From IMG/VR virus record IMGVR_UViG_3300022921_000003: a stretch of DNA of 64,000 nucleotides. One strand, 5' to 3'. Positions 9,213 to 18,231 of the stretch are shown piece after piece. Each line of letters begins with the position of its first letter. Position 1 is the first letter of the stretch. Below the pieces are notes generated by a model. It did not search any database. It was given only the letters and a program-made list of their open reading frames with translations, and was not told the DNA's origin. Source of the stretch: an uncultured virus (IMG/VR IMGVR_UViG_3300022921_000003) (Duplodnaviria > Heunggongvirae > Uroviricota > Caudoviricetes). The position numbers were made by a program, and so were the translations under genes.

Positions 9213-9754
9213 ATCAACCACGATACAATACTCCAACGTGTTCCCTTAGTGACAACTTCTGCTTCGTGTGGATACATAAAGTTTGATGGGAACACTACGG
9301 CAGACCTAGCCTTAGGTTTCATAGTTTTCGTTGCAACTGTGAACTTACCACCCTCGTAGTCATCATTCAGATACAACAGAACTGTTGCATGTGGGTATCC
9401 ATAGTGTTGTCCGTGACTGTGATGAATGCTGTCGTAGTGTTTAGACATGAACCCACCTTCTGAATATCTATTGATACGAAAGTCTGTGAGATGTTGAACA
9501 GAGAAATATGGATGGTCTGTCATATACATGTTGATGGCATTCACGAAACACTTCTTGAGAGGTTCATAGAGTTCGTGTGTGTTGCGAATCCAGAACTCAT
9601 CCATGTTTACTCGTTCGTCTGAATTGTCCACCTCACCTGTCTTATTTGCATATGTTGATTTCTGGTAATCTAGGTTTGCGACCATAATCTGATCAGTCAA
9701 ATCTTTGGAAACCATATTCGAGTATTCCATAATATATTTTTCAATGTCCATCAA
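9209..9754 (-). CDS. 2OG-Fe(II) oxygenase, prolyl-4-hydroxylase-like
   Basis: HYD...LYLNDDYEGG...FPSNFMYPH...GTRWS. Confidence 0.85.
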   Translation of the reverse strand: MMDIEKYIMEYSNMVSKDLTDQIMVANLDYQKSTYANKTGEVDNSDERVNMDEFWIRNTHELYEPLKKCFVNAINMYMTDHPYFSVQHLTDFRINRYSEGGFMSKHYDSIHHSHGQHYGYPHATVLLYLNDDYEGGKFTVATKTMKPKARSAVVFPSNFMYPHEAEVVTKGTRWSIVSWLM

Positions 9755-10107
9755 ACGCCTCTTTCGATAAATGTCTTTTTGATTTCTTTGGGTTCAAAGA
9801 ATTCGTATATCACTCTCTGTGCAACATTAACGTTATACTCTTTACAACTAAAGATATCAATGTAGAAATCACCTGTCGCATCCACAAAGTGTCCTGTAAC
9901 ATTACTTGTCTCAATCATCTGACAAAAACTAAAACCACCAATCTTTGGGTCATGTTCAGCAAAGTGTTCTATTAGTAGAGGTCCATAAGCTTTCATATTA
10001 ATTTCAAAAATAAGTTCTCCTACAAAATAACTAATATTTCCTTCACTAGAAATCTTTTCGATGTTGCCAGACTTACAATCAAACAGTGTGTGATAACCCC
10101 AAATCAT
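9751..10107 (-). CDS. speD: pyruvoyl-dependent S-adenosylmethionine decarboxylase-family proenzyme
   Basis: WGYHTLFDC...QMIETSNVTGHF...YIDIFSCK. Confidence 0.8.
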   Translation of the reverse strand: MIWGYHTLFDCKSGNIEKISSEGNISYFVGELIFEINMKAYGPLLIEHFAEHDPKIGGFSFCQMIETSNVTGHFVDATGDFYIDIFSCKEYNVNVAQRVIYEFFEPKEIKKTFIERGV

Positions 10108-10535
10108 ACCATCCCAGCCTCAAACTTCTTCCAATCAGTTGCATTACGAATGTCCCACCCACGATTGTCAATAGACTTAATGATACCCTTGCAGTAATCC
10201 ACACAGGTTTCATAATATCCAATCTTGTTCTGTAGGCGTAAAATATCCTCATCTGACTGCACATACATTTGCAAGTCAGTTTTCATTACCTTTATGTCAA
10301 AGGGTTTTGCAGCATAGACCTTTGCATCTGCCTTACCACCATAGTACTCCCACTTCTCACGATAGAGTTGTTGGTGGTCTGTCCGTGCTTTGATGAGCAT
10401 CAGTTCGAAGTCGGATTTAAAATCTAACCACTTCTGTTTGATTACTTGGTTCTTGTAGGATTCTTGATCAATGTGTTCATCATTTGTAACTGGAAGGTCT
10501 TCTTTTGCAATACGCTTCAATTCATCTAAATTCAT
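10104..10535 (-). CDS. uvsY: UvsY recombination mediator
   Basis: KWEYYGGKA...PFDIKV.K.D...RGWDIRNATDWKKFEAG. Confidence 0.9.
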   Translation of the reverse strand: MNLDELKRIAKEDLPVTNDEHIDQESYKNQVIKQKWLDFKSDFELMLIKARTDHQQLYREKWEYYGGKADAKVYAAKPFDIKVMKTDLQMYVQSDEDILRLQNKIGYYETCVDYCKGIIKSIDNRGWDIRNATDWKKFEAGMV

Positions 10536-10549
10536 GTTTATCCCATATT

Positions 10550-10672
10550 AAAAAAAGTGAGCAGAGTTGATTATACTCTCTTTGTATATATTGACCCTAG
10601 TGAGGCTTGCCGAGGTGTCACTAGAAATTAAGTCTCAGATTTAATAAATGTTAAAGTTTATCGCATCTGCTC
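10550..10672 (-). ncRNA. candidate structured small RNA (~114 nt plus U-tail), rod-shaped with a central bubble
   Basis: Begins 5 nt after TATAAATA. 5' GAGCAGA pairs with 3' UCUGCUC, followed by a U7 run; apical stem CUAGUGA/UCACUAG; no ORF. Confidence 0.6.
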
Positions 10673-10677
10673 GTTTT

Positions 10678-10685
10678 TATTTATA
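10678..10685 (-). promoter_or_regulatory. T4-type late promoter TATAAATA
   Basis: Exact gp55 consensus in an intergenic region. Confidence 0.75.
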
Positions 10686-10689
10686 TTAA

Positions 10690-11307
10690 TTATTTTTTGA
10701 CAAGTTCAATATTGAAAGCGATACTGATTCTTTTATTTTCATCCTGTTGCGGCATCACCCCATGCATTAAATGACTTGGAAACATCACCATATTACTCGT
10801 TTCAGTTCTCACATAAATGTATGGAGTATTACGAGCACTGAGTTTTTTCAGTGGTGGTTGTTTCATCACATCTGCAATTGGAGATTTGAAAACTAAAGGA
10901 CCATCCAACTCATTTGATGTTGGGTAATATATACCGCTTATATCTGAGCCTGGATGATTATGAGTCTCCTGAGTATTTCCCTTTTCATAAGCATTTAACC
11001 AACAGTCTCGAATCTTTAACCTGTAATTCTCTAAATCATAATCCATGTGTTCACAGAGAACTTTTGCATTTTCAAGTATCGGTTTCTTGAGTTCTCTAAA
11101 CTCTTTCCTGTTCAACAAATTATCATGAATACCTGATACATACAATTCACAAGACCAGTTCACTGGTTTTTTATTTTCATTCTCTTTCATAAAAACATCT
11201 ATGTTATCAACGATGCTTTTATTAAAGTCTTCCATATTTTCAATCTTTTTTTGTAACACTGGAATTGTAAAAAATCCATTTATATTCAAACGTGTTCCCA
11301 TATACAT
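10690..11307 (-). CDS. 2OG-Fe(II) oxygenase (TIGR02466-like)
   Basis: QETHNHPGSDISGIYY...FPSHLMHGV...RISIAFN; paralog of 8655..9212. Confidence 0.8.
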   Translation of the reverse strand: MYMGTRLNINGFFTIPVLQKKIENMEDFNKSIVDNIDVFMKENENKKPVNWSCELYVSGIHDNLLNRKEFRELKKPILENAKVLCEHMDYDLENYRLKIRDCWLNAYEKGNTQETHNHPGSDISGIYYPTSNELDGPLVFKSPIADVMKQPPLKKLSARNTPYIYVRTETSNMVMFPSHLMHGVMPQQDENKRISIAFNIELVKK

Positions 11308-11320
11308 AATCTAAAAACTC

Positions 11321-11548
11321 CTAATCTGGAACCCTCCCAAAATTATTACTGTAATTTTCAAGAATATAATCATATGCCTCATTCATTGCAGTATTATATT
11401 CATCTTCCGTGTATGTATCACTAAAATTATCCATTGCAGCCTGTCTTGCATCAAAAATTGAATTATCAGGTGTAAAGTTTGGATTTGGTAAATTTTCTTT
11501 GCCAATCTCAATGTATTTTGCTAGTAAAAAGTCATACGGTTCAGCCAT
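11321..11548 (-). CDS. hypothetical protein (75 aa)
   Basis: ORF with an AAGGAG SD, in the same operon as the upstream gene. Confidence 0.65.
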   Translation of the reverse strand: MAEPYDFLLAKYIEIGKENLPNPNFTPDNSIFDARQAAMDNFSDTYTEDEYNTAMNEAYDYILENYSNNFGRVPD

Positions 11549-11558
11549 GATTTACTCC

Positions 11559-12872
11559 TTAATAAAATGCATTTTCAATGTAAGCCCACTGAGCGGTATC
11601 TTTATGCCAAATGCCGAGATCGCGATTGTTTGCCATGAACACTGGGTAGACGGTAGTATCTGATGTTGAGGTAAATGTATGTATTGCTTCTCGTTTTTTT
11701 GTCACAGTATGGCTGCCATCTGAATTTGAAAAGTCGATTGTAATAGTATCCATTGCAATATCTGAACCACTTGTATAAAGTCTTACTGTTCGATATAAAT
11801 CCTGATTTTGTCCACTTCTATCTTGACCGCAAGTATACTTTGAAAAGTTGAGGCTCTTCCTCATGCCATCCAACCCTACAAGGAAACATTCTCCCGCTGG
11901 TATAGATGTTCCACCATCAAAAGCTACTGAACTGCCAACGGTTGCTGTACCACCTGACCATGTAATTGGAAATACTGCTGAGTTAGCTGGATTTGCTGTA
12001 TCCAGATGTATTAAAACATTACCCCAAGTTGTGGACAGTAAAACAGGTCTTGCAGTACTACCAGTATGTGTTGGTAGAGTTACTGCACTGTCATTATCTG
12101 TTTTTGTTATTGCACCGCCCGCCGTACCTGTCCAAGACATATGGTTGATGTCAACTCGTGTCGTTGCATCAGTAAATGTGTTTGAGTCAGTATAATTTGT
12201 GTATATAAACTCATTTGTCGTTCCGACATTTGCATATGCCTTCCCAGAACTGCCTGGTGATGATATATCATCATGGTAGTGTGCAGTTGAGTTAGAGGTT
12301 ATGGCTGATACCGTAGTACTTGCACCGCCTTGGTACGTCCCCATAAGAAATTTCTGGCGATTAGAGTTTGAACCATGTACACCTTGCGTATCATTTATTC
12401 GCACACCACCGTTATATACTTCTACTTCGGTGTATACGTTGACATTGTTATCAAAACTCTCAAGGTCGGCAGCAAGGTCGGTATAATACATTCTTGCCGT
12501 AAAAGCACCAGCAGCAGAACGCATACCCCATACACCTTGTTCTCGTCGCAGCTGCATCCCAGAACCAGAATGAGATGTGGACCCTAGATTATACATTGTC
12601 CAATCAGATGCAAGTTCCGTAAATGTATGAGTCGAAGTATTATAAGAAATTGGTGTTGTTGCATAAAGGTTGGTATTGTATGGTGCGACCATCATCAACC
12701 AATTATCTGCGGCAGTTACAGAATCAGTTTCACCAACATCATAAACCCAATCACCACCAACTGCCCAAATACCCTGATCAGATGAACTTGTAAGTGTTGT
12801 TGTATGTACTTTAGCTGTCGGGACTGCGCCGCCAGAACCAAACCCTGCCATGGTATATCCAAAATTTGCCAT
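11559..12872 (-). CDS. putative virion adhesin / beta-rich Ser-Thr-Gly protein
   Basis: N-terminal FGYTMAGFGSGG peptide, S/T/G-rich composition, follows gp3 in a late unit. Function inferred only. Confidence 0.5.
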   Translation of the reverse strand: MANFGYTMAGFGSGGAVPTAKVHTTTLTSSSDQGIWAVGGDWVYDVGETDSVTAADNWLMMVAPYNTNLYATTPISYNTSTHTFTELASDWTMYNLGSTSHSGSGMQLRREQGVWGMRSAAGAFTARMYYTDLAADLESFDNNVNVYTEVEVYNGGVRINDTQGVHGSNSNRQKFLMGTYQGGASTTVSAITSNSTAHYHDDISSPGSSGKAYANVGTTNEFIYTNYTDSNTFTDATTRVDINHMSWTGTAGGAITKTDNDSAVTLPTHTGSTARPVLLSTTWGNVLIHLDTANPANSAVFPITWSGGTATVGSSVAFDGGTSIPAGECFLVGLDGMRKSLNFSKYTCGQDRSGQNQDLYRTVRLYTSGSDIAMDTITIDFSNSDGSHTVTKKREAIHTFTSTSDTTVYPVFMANNRDLGIWHKDTAQWAYIENAFY

Positions 12873-12883
12873 ATCCCTTTTCC

Positions 12884-13471
12884 TTATATACTTTCAATCT
12901 CGTAAAGTGAGTATGCGAACGTTGCACTCACAACAATATAATCAACGTCAGTTGCAGCCTGAGTAAACTCTAGTGCGTCTAGTGAAGTTGGGTAGAGGTC
13001 ACGAAAGAATACATTAACCACCGGATTATTCTTGTTTGATAGAATACTCAAGGATGCATCAGAGAACATTGCTCTTGCAGCAGTTGCGGGTTGTACATCA
13101 CCAATATCTCTACTTGATCCTCTTGTAGAAGATGGAGTTGCAGATGTTGATGCACGAAAGTTCTTGAACTGGTCTGTGCTTTTTGGAAAACCAATCGCGG
13201 TAATCCACTCATGTAATGACAGATAGTTCTCTAGATACTCATCACATATAAACGATATTGTGAGGGGGTCATAGGTCACCTTATCACCCATCATTGGAAG
13301 GTCTGTGAGTCTTGTTGGCATAACTGCATTACCCATACTGATAGATGGAATAGACGCAGATACAGTGAAAAACTCCACCTTTGGAAGTTGGTGAATGTTA
13401 AACTTAAATTGAGTTGGACTTAGGTAGTCTAACTTCTCAGGTTGTCTGTCTATTGTTCTTGTTGTTGCCAT
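12884..13471 (-). CDS. gp3: gp3 tail completion / tube terminator protein
   Basis: YLSPTQFKF...PKVEFF...DEYLENY..LHEWI...YPTSL..L.F; downstream of gp23. Start moved to MATTRT. Confidence 0.88.
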   Translation of the reverse strand: MATTRTIDRQPEKLDYLSPTQFKFNIHQLPKVEFFTVSASIPSISMGNAVMPTRLTDLPMMGDKVTYDPLTISFICDEYLENYLSLHEWITAIGFPKSTDQFKNFRASTSATPSSTRGSSRDIGDVQPATAARAMFSDASLSILSNKNNPVVNVFFRDLYPTSLDALEFTQAATDVDYIVVSATFAYSLYEIESI

Positions 13472-13476
13472 GTAAG

Positions 13477-13484
13477 TATTTATA
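13477..13484 (-). promoter_or_regulatory. late promoter TATAAATA, 5 nt upstream of the gp3 ATG
   Basis: TATAAATA cttac ATG. Confidence 0.75.
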
Positions 13485-13486
13485 AG

Positions 13487-13517
13487 AAAAAGGGAGACAC
13501 CCTTTCGAGTGTCTCCC
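13487..13517 (-). terminator. intrinsic terminator after gp23
   Basis: GGGAGACAC-tcgaaagg-GTGTCTCCC followed by TTTTT. Confidence 0.85.
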
Positions 13518-13549
13518 AAGTTTGATCACAAACTTTCTTTTTCTTATTA

Positions 13550-14890
13550 TTACATAAGGTTTGTGACTTTAACGCGACGATACCAAGCGTTGGTGTTTGC
13601 GTCGAGTGAAGCGTCAGTATTGACGGTATCACCAGCAGCAACGGCACCAGCAGCAGCAAATGGGTTAGCAGCCATTCCATAGCGTGTCTTGAACCCAATC
13701 TTTGGCTGGAAGGAACTCTCACCAACGGCGCGGACCATCTGTAGTGGAACATATGGGCAATAGAAGAACCCAGCGTCGTAAGGTGATGTACCCTTGTAAC
13801 CAACAACGTAGTACTGAGAAGCAGCAACGTTAGCAGAATATGGATCAACATATACCTTATAACGACCGTTCATTGTACCAGCGAATGTGTTGGCAGTGTC
13901 ATCAACGTTTAGTGAGTTGTTGAGGGCAGGGGTGTAATCGAGAACACCAGCCATCTGTAGGGCAGAAGCAACGTCTGCGGAACAGATGATTGTGTTACCC
14001 TTACCGCGACGTGTCTGCTGACCAATTGCGTTAGCATCACGTTCGATCTGGAACATTAGACCCTTGAACTTCTCAACTGACCAACGACCGTTTGAGTCAG
14101 TGTCTAGGTCGAAGATACCAGCAGTAGTTGTGTTAACTGCGGCACCCTTGACAGCGGTCACATATAGTGAACGGATGACTTCACGGTTGATTTCAGCAAG
14201 AATTTCTGTGCTGAGAATGTTGGAAAGTTCTGTCTCGGCGTCAAGACCGTGGATTGCCTTAAGGTCTTGTGCAAGTTCCATTGTGTACTCGGCCTTTAGA
14301 GCACGGGACACAGCAGTAACGGTTGACTTCTCAATGGAGAAAGCCATCTCACCGAAAGCATTTGCACCACTGTCACCAAGAGCTTCTGCCTGTGAGCGTG
14401 TCATACCAGTTGCTGATGTGTATGTGCCTGGGGAAGGTGAGTCGTTAAGAACAGCAGGGTTAGTTTCTGTTGCACCAACGTCGCCACCACCGATTGTACC
14501 AGCAGCGTTCTGGTTTGAGATGTCTGGCATTGCTTCATCAACGAGAGCTTCTGCACCATCCTGAGAGGTGAATGAAGAACGCATTGCGAAGATTAGACCA
14601 GTTGGACCTGTCATTGGCTGAACACCGCAGACATCATAAGCAATGAGGTTTGGCATTGCGCGACGAACTAGGGAAATTAGAATTGGATCCCATGTGTCCA
14701 TCTGTCCACCACCCATGCTGTTGACAGGGGCGGTTTCTGCGAGGAAACCCTTGTCCTCACGGAGAGCCTTCTCTTGGTTCTCTAGGATAATTGTAGTAAC
14801 AGCGCGCTTGTAAGAATCTTTGATCTCTGGAAGATCAGAGTGATCTAGGACGGGCTGCCACTTTTCTTGTAGATGTTCTGTCTGAAACAT
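13550..14890 (-). CDS. gp23: gp23 major capsid protein
   Basis: DPILISLVRRAMPNLIAYDVCGVQPMTGPTGLIFAMR, SRALKAEYTMELAQDLKAIHGLDAE, FQPKIGFKTRYG. Confidence 0.98.
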   Translation of the reverse strand: MFQTEHLQEKWQPVLDHSDLPEIKDSYKRAVTTIILENQEKALREDKGFLAETAPVNSMGGGQMDTWDPILISLVRRAMPNLIAYDVCGVQPMTGPTGLIFAMRSSFTSQDGAEALVDEAMPDISNQNAAGTIGGGDVGATETNPAVLNDSPSPGTYTSATGMTRSQAEALGDSGANAFGEMAFSIEKSTVTAVSRALKAEYTMELAQDLKAIHGLDAETELSNILSTEILAEINREVIRSLYVTAVKGAAVNTTTAGIFDLDTDSNGRWSVEKFKGLMFQIERDANAIGQQTRRGKGNTIICSADVASALQMAGVLDYTPALNNSLNVDDTANTFAGTMNGRYKVYVDPYSANVAASQYYVVGYKGTSPYDAGFFYCPYVPLQMVRAVGESSFQPKIGFKTRYGMAANPFAAAGAVAAGDTVNTDASLDANTNAWYRRVKVTNLM

Positions 14891-14929
14891 TTGTTTCTCC
14901 TTATTAATTAATTACATCTAAGTGGTTTA

Positions 14930-16204
14930 TTATGAATTATTGGCGCGAGCCTTAGTCTTTGTGATTGCAGTCATGTACTTAGCCATGCTGTCACTAACAC
15001 TAATGTCCTGTGCTGCGCTGTCATGTACTTCATTATCAATAACTTGTTCTGTGATCACTTCTTCACGAACCTTGGGGAAATAATTTTCCTTAAGAGTGTC
15101 GAGTTTTGCACGGAATGCGTCTTCGTCAACGAAGTCAACATCCTCTACAAGTGACTTGAACTTTTCAACTTCTGTGTCGGTTAGGTCTTCAGAGACTTCA
15201 ACGACAACGTGTTCGCGAACAAGTGAACCGTTCTTTTCTTTAAGAGCGATATTCTGTTCAAGAACCTCATTTACCTTCTCTTCTAGGTCTGCAATCTTAT
15301 CAGACTGAGCACCTAGTACGTCATACTTCTCGTCAGGAACGTCAATGTAATGATCCTCGAAAAGTTGCTTAAGACCAGAGATGAAGTCTTCTGCGATTTC
15401 ACCCTTGAGTCCACGCTCGATTGCGAGTTCATTTTCCTTTGTCCATTCCTCAACAACGTAGTTAAGATAGGTATCAATTTTGTCAGTCATTTCGTCCTTT
15501 GCTTCTTCAAGCTTGGCGTCGAACTCATCGACTGTTGCCTGATATAGACGGGCGATTTCTTCGCGGGTCTTGGACTTAACGGCTGCTTCGAAGATTGTGG
15601 ATGCCTTTGTCTTGAAGTCTTCAGAAAGGTCTTCACCTTCCATAAGTGCATCTACGTCTTCCTTGACGTTGATGGACTTGATCTTCTCTTCAATGGCCAT
15701 CTTTGCAGCTTCGAGTTTCTTAATCTCTTCCTGCATTTCCTTATCTTCTTCATCATCTTCTTCATCTGGGTGCATCGCGGACATGATTTTCCCATATGAA
15801 GCTTTGAGGTCTTTTGCCTTCATGGTTTCCATTTTATCATACATCGCCTTCAACATTTCCATCTTTGTACGGGGGGCGGCGGCTTCTTCAATTACCTCGT
15901 CTTCATCACTTTCGTGATCTTCTGAAACCTTTTTGACCTTTTTCATAGGCTCGGCGGGTTTCTCGCCTTTCTGTTGTGCATCACCACCAATTTCCTTTGC
16001 ACCTTTTGCTGCAACATCTGTTGGGGATGACTTGGCTTCTGGATCGACTACAGGTGCGCCACCATCTTGGACTTCACCATCAACCTTCTTGCCCTTTTCT
16101 GCTGGGACGGCACCCTTTTTCTGGGGGTCGCTTTCATTCGCTTCTTCAAGCTCAGCAAGGACTTCCGCCTCCAACTCTTCAATTGTTTGTTCTAGTTCTG
16201 ACAT
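14930..16204 (-). CDS. gp22: gp22 prohead scaffold / core protein
   Basis: Acidic coiled coil, LSEDFKTKASTIFEAAV, YLNYVVEEW..EN.LAIE.G; lies between gp21 and gp23. Confidence 0.92.
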   Translation of the reverse strand: MSELEQTIEELEAEVLAELEEANESDPQKKGAVPAEKGKKVDGEVQDGGAPVVDPEAKSSPTDVAAKGAKEIGGDAQQKGEKPAEPMKKVKKVSEDHESDEDEVIEEAAAPRTKMEMLKAMYDKMETMKAKDLKASYGKIMSAMHPDEEDDEEDKEMQEEIKKLEAAKMAIEEKIKSINVKEDVDALMEGEDLSEDFKTKASTIFEAAVKSKTREEIARLYQATVDEFDAKLEEAKDEMTDKIDTYLNYVVEEWTKENELAIERGLKGEIAEDFISGLKQLFEDHYIDVPDEKYDVLGAQSDKIADLEEKVNEVLEQNIALKEKNGSLVREHVVVEVSEDLTDTEVEKFKSLVEDVDFVDEDAFRAKLDTLKENYFPKVREEVITEQVIDNEVHDSAAQDISVSDSMAKYMTAITKTKARANNS

Positions 16205-16243
16205 AGGATGCCTCCTTTTTGCAGTAATAAAATTACTAATATT

Positions 16244-16251
16244 TATTTATA
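16244..16251 (-). promoter_or_regulatory. late promoter TATAAATA for gp22/gp23
   Basis: Exact consensus upstream of an AAGGAGG SD. Confidence 0.75.
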
Positions 16252-16253
16252 AA

Positions 16254-16913
16254 TTATAATCTTTGTAGAAATTTTGCAAAGGCAAGTGCCTTCCGATTTT
16301 CCGAAAGTCTTGCCTGTTTTGCATCAAATTCCCGTTTCATCTCAACCAATTCTGCTTCAAGTAGAGCACCGTTGTTCCAAACCCACTCCTTACCTTCCAT
16401 GATACCTTCTACGAAAGCATTAGGAGCGGATGGATCAGCAACGATATCAGCGGCCGTTGCGAGGTAGAAGTCGTCACGAACGTAGTTTGCACCACCTTTT
16501 TGTTCTAGACTACCCATGCCCCGTGAGGAAACGCCGAGTTTAGCACCCTCGTCCATGAGATTCTTTACGATTTCACCCATTGGTGTGGACATAATCTTTG
16601 CCTCACCAATAAAGTTCTTACCGTCTTGTTCCAGACTTGTAATCATGTGTGAAACTCTTTCAAGGTTCACAGTTGGTCCGTCTGGGTGACCTAATTCACC
16701 AAAGGCACGATTCTCCTTGATGAAATTCTTGTTGTACTTTGCAACTTCCTTTGCAAGTACCTGTTCTGGATAAACACGGCCATTTCGGTTCTTGATGTCC
16801 GATTGCATGAAGATACCACGAATCTTGTAATTCTTCTTACCGTCTTCTTTTTCTTCGCAGATGTATTCTACTTCTTCTACTTGTTCTGAGAACAATTTGA
16901 CCGTGTTAGACAT
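16254..16913 (-). CDS. gp21: gp21 prohead protease
   Basis: NRNGRVYP, GELGHP, GVSSRGMGS and DIVADPSAP motifs. Confidence 0.96.
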   Translation of the reverse strand: MSNTVKLFSEQVEEVEYICEEKEDGKKNYKIRGIFMQSDIKNRNGRVYPEQVLAKEVAKYNKNFIKENRAFGELGHPDGPTVNLERVSHMITSLEQDGKNFIGEAKIMSTPMGEIVKNLMDEGAKLGVSSRGMGSLEQKGGANYVRDDFYLATAADIVADPSAPNAFVEGIMEGKEWVWNNGALLEAELVEMKREFDAKQARLSENRKALAFAKFLQRL

Positions 16914-16924
16914 TTTTCTTATCC

Positions 16925-17581
16925 TTAATCTGATACACTATACTTAATTGGTTGTTTCTTTTGAACTGGAAAGGTGAAATCCCTAATGTGATGCCGACGA
17001 CGATTTACCCCCTCTTGAGGAAATCCTACGCCCATCAACAATGATGGTTCTTCTCTTAACAGTGCAATCTCTCTGATTGCTTTTGTGTCCATACACTGAC
17101 AACACCCTGTTCTATATCCCAGAAGTGATGCAGTAAGATTAAGATAACCAGAAGCAATACCTAGTGCAATGTTTTTATCACGCATAATATCTTGATAAGT
17201 TTCTTCACACCATTCGCCATTCTTCAGATATTCTTTTGCTTTCTGTCCTCTTGTTTTCTTTGTTACTTGATCAACTAACTCTTCATAACTATAGTCTTCA
17301 AAAATTACCAACAAATTAGCAAGGGTTTGCGGATTTGACTCGATATCTTTACCATTATTAAATCCATAAGTATTTTCATGAATTTCTTCAATAAGATCAC
17401 GATCCTGTATAAAATGTACCTTATAAAACGCAAGATTTTGTTTACTAGGACAATTAGTTACAGCATGAAGTAGTGTATCAATATCTTCCTTTGGTAACTT
17501 TTTGTTCAAGTTGAAATTTCTCTGAGTATGTTGGCTTCGAATAACACTCTTTTCAATTTCAATATTTGTATGTACATCCAT
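16925..17581 (-). CDS. nitroreductase-family flavoprotein
   Basis: RSQHTQRNF...CPSKQN...IALGIASGYLNLTASLLGYRTG...LMGVG. Confidence 0.75.
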   Translation of the reverse strand: MDVHTNIEIEKSVIRSQHTQRNFNLNKKLPKEDIDTLLHAVTNCPSKQNLAFYKVHFIQDRDLIEEIHENTYGFNNGKDIESNPQTLANLLVIFEDYSYEELVDQVTKKTRGQKAKEYLKNGEWCEETYQDIMRDKNIALGIASGYLNLTASLLGYRTGCCQCMDTKAIREIALLREEPSLLMGVGFPQEGVNRRRHHIRDFTFPVQKKQPIKYSVSD

Positions 17582-17591
17582 TGTTATATCC

Positions 17592-17972
17592 TTATACTAG
17601 GTTATCGTAACCAGCGACTTTTCTTAACTTGAGAATTAGAGTCGTTGCACCAGCAGAGGTTGCACGAATATCGCCAGTGGAACCAGTTGATGTTGGGTTG
17701 ATTGCAAGAGTTGGTAGTCCATCTGCAAAACCCAACTTACCATTTCCGACAAGAGCAAGTGCAGTATCATCTGTGTCTGCATCAAACTCAATAAGTAGTG
17801 TTCCGCCAGTTGTACACCATGCAACACCCACAATATCTAGTGCAGGACTTGAATCATGACCATCCAGTGCAGATGCATCAAGAATGGTTGCTTCTGTCTC
17901 TGCTGCGGTACAAGTTGCTTTGACTGTCACTTCAAAGTCTTTATCCGATAGAATTTGTGTTGCCCAAGCCAT
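17592..17972 (-). CDS. hypothetical protein in the head module (probable virion protein)
   Basis: 126-aa ORF with an SD, located between gp20 and gp21. Confidence 0.6.
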   Translation of the reverse strand: MAWATQILSDKDFEVTVKATCTAAETEATILDASALDGHDSSPALDIVGVAWCTTGGTLLIEFDADTDDTALALVGNGKLGFADGLPTLAINPTSTGSTGDIRATSAGATTLILKLRKVAGYDNLV

Positions 17973-17982
17973 ATCTTAGTCC

Positions 17983-18231
17983 TTAAATGTTTAGCATTTC
18001 TCGTTCAAAGTAAGACATTAGTTCTTTTTCCGACACTTTGAACCGTTTTGAAACGTCTTTTATTGTTTTTTCAAAACTATTTAGGAAATCTGAAGGTTTG
18101 GAATCCATAACACTGAAAATGGAGTCAACAGCGTCCTTCATCTTAGGAGAAAGTTTCCGATACTCCTTAGACTTACGGTGTTCATCCTTCTCTAGAACTG
18201 TCTGTTCGTAGATGTCCTCAATCTTCCTCAT
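17983..18231 (-). CDS. hypothetical protein (position of a gp68-like prohead core gene)
   Basis: 82-aa ORF overlapping its neighbour; synteny only. Confidence 0.55.
   Translation of the reverse strand: MRKIEDIYEQTVLEKDEHRKSKEYRKLSPKMKDAVDSIFSVMDSKPSDFLNSFEKTIKDVSKRFKVSEKELMSYFEREMLNI

Noticed and set aside
10550..10672. tRNA, tmRNA, SRP RNA or riboswitch identity for the structured intergenic RNA
   Set aside because: No cloverleaf or TTCG T-loop, no tag reading frame, no SRP loop motif, and no riboswitch consensus I could recognise.
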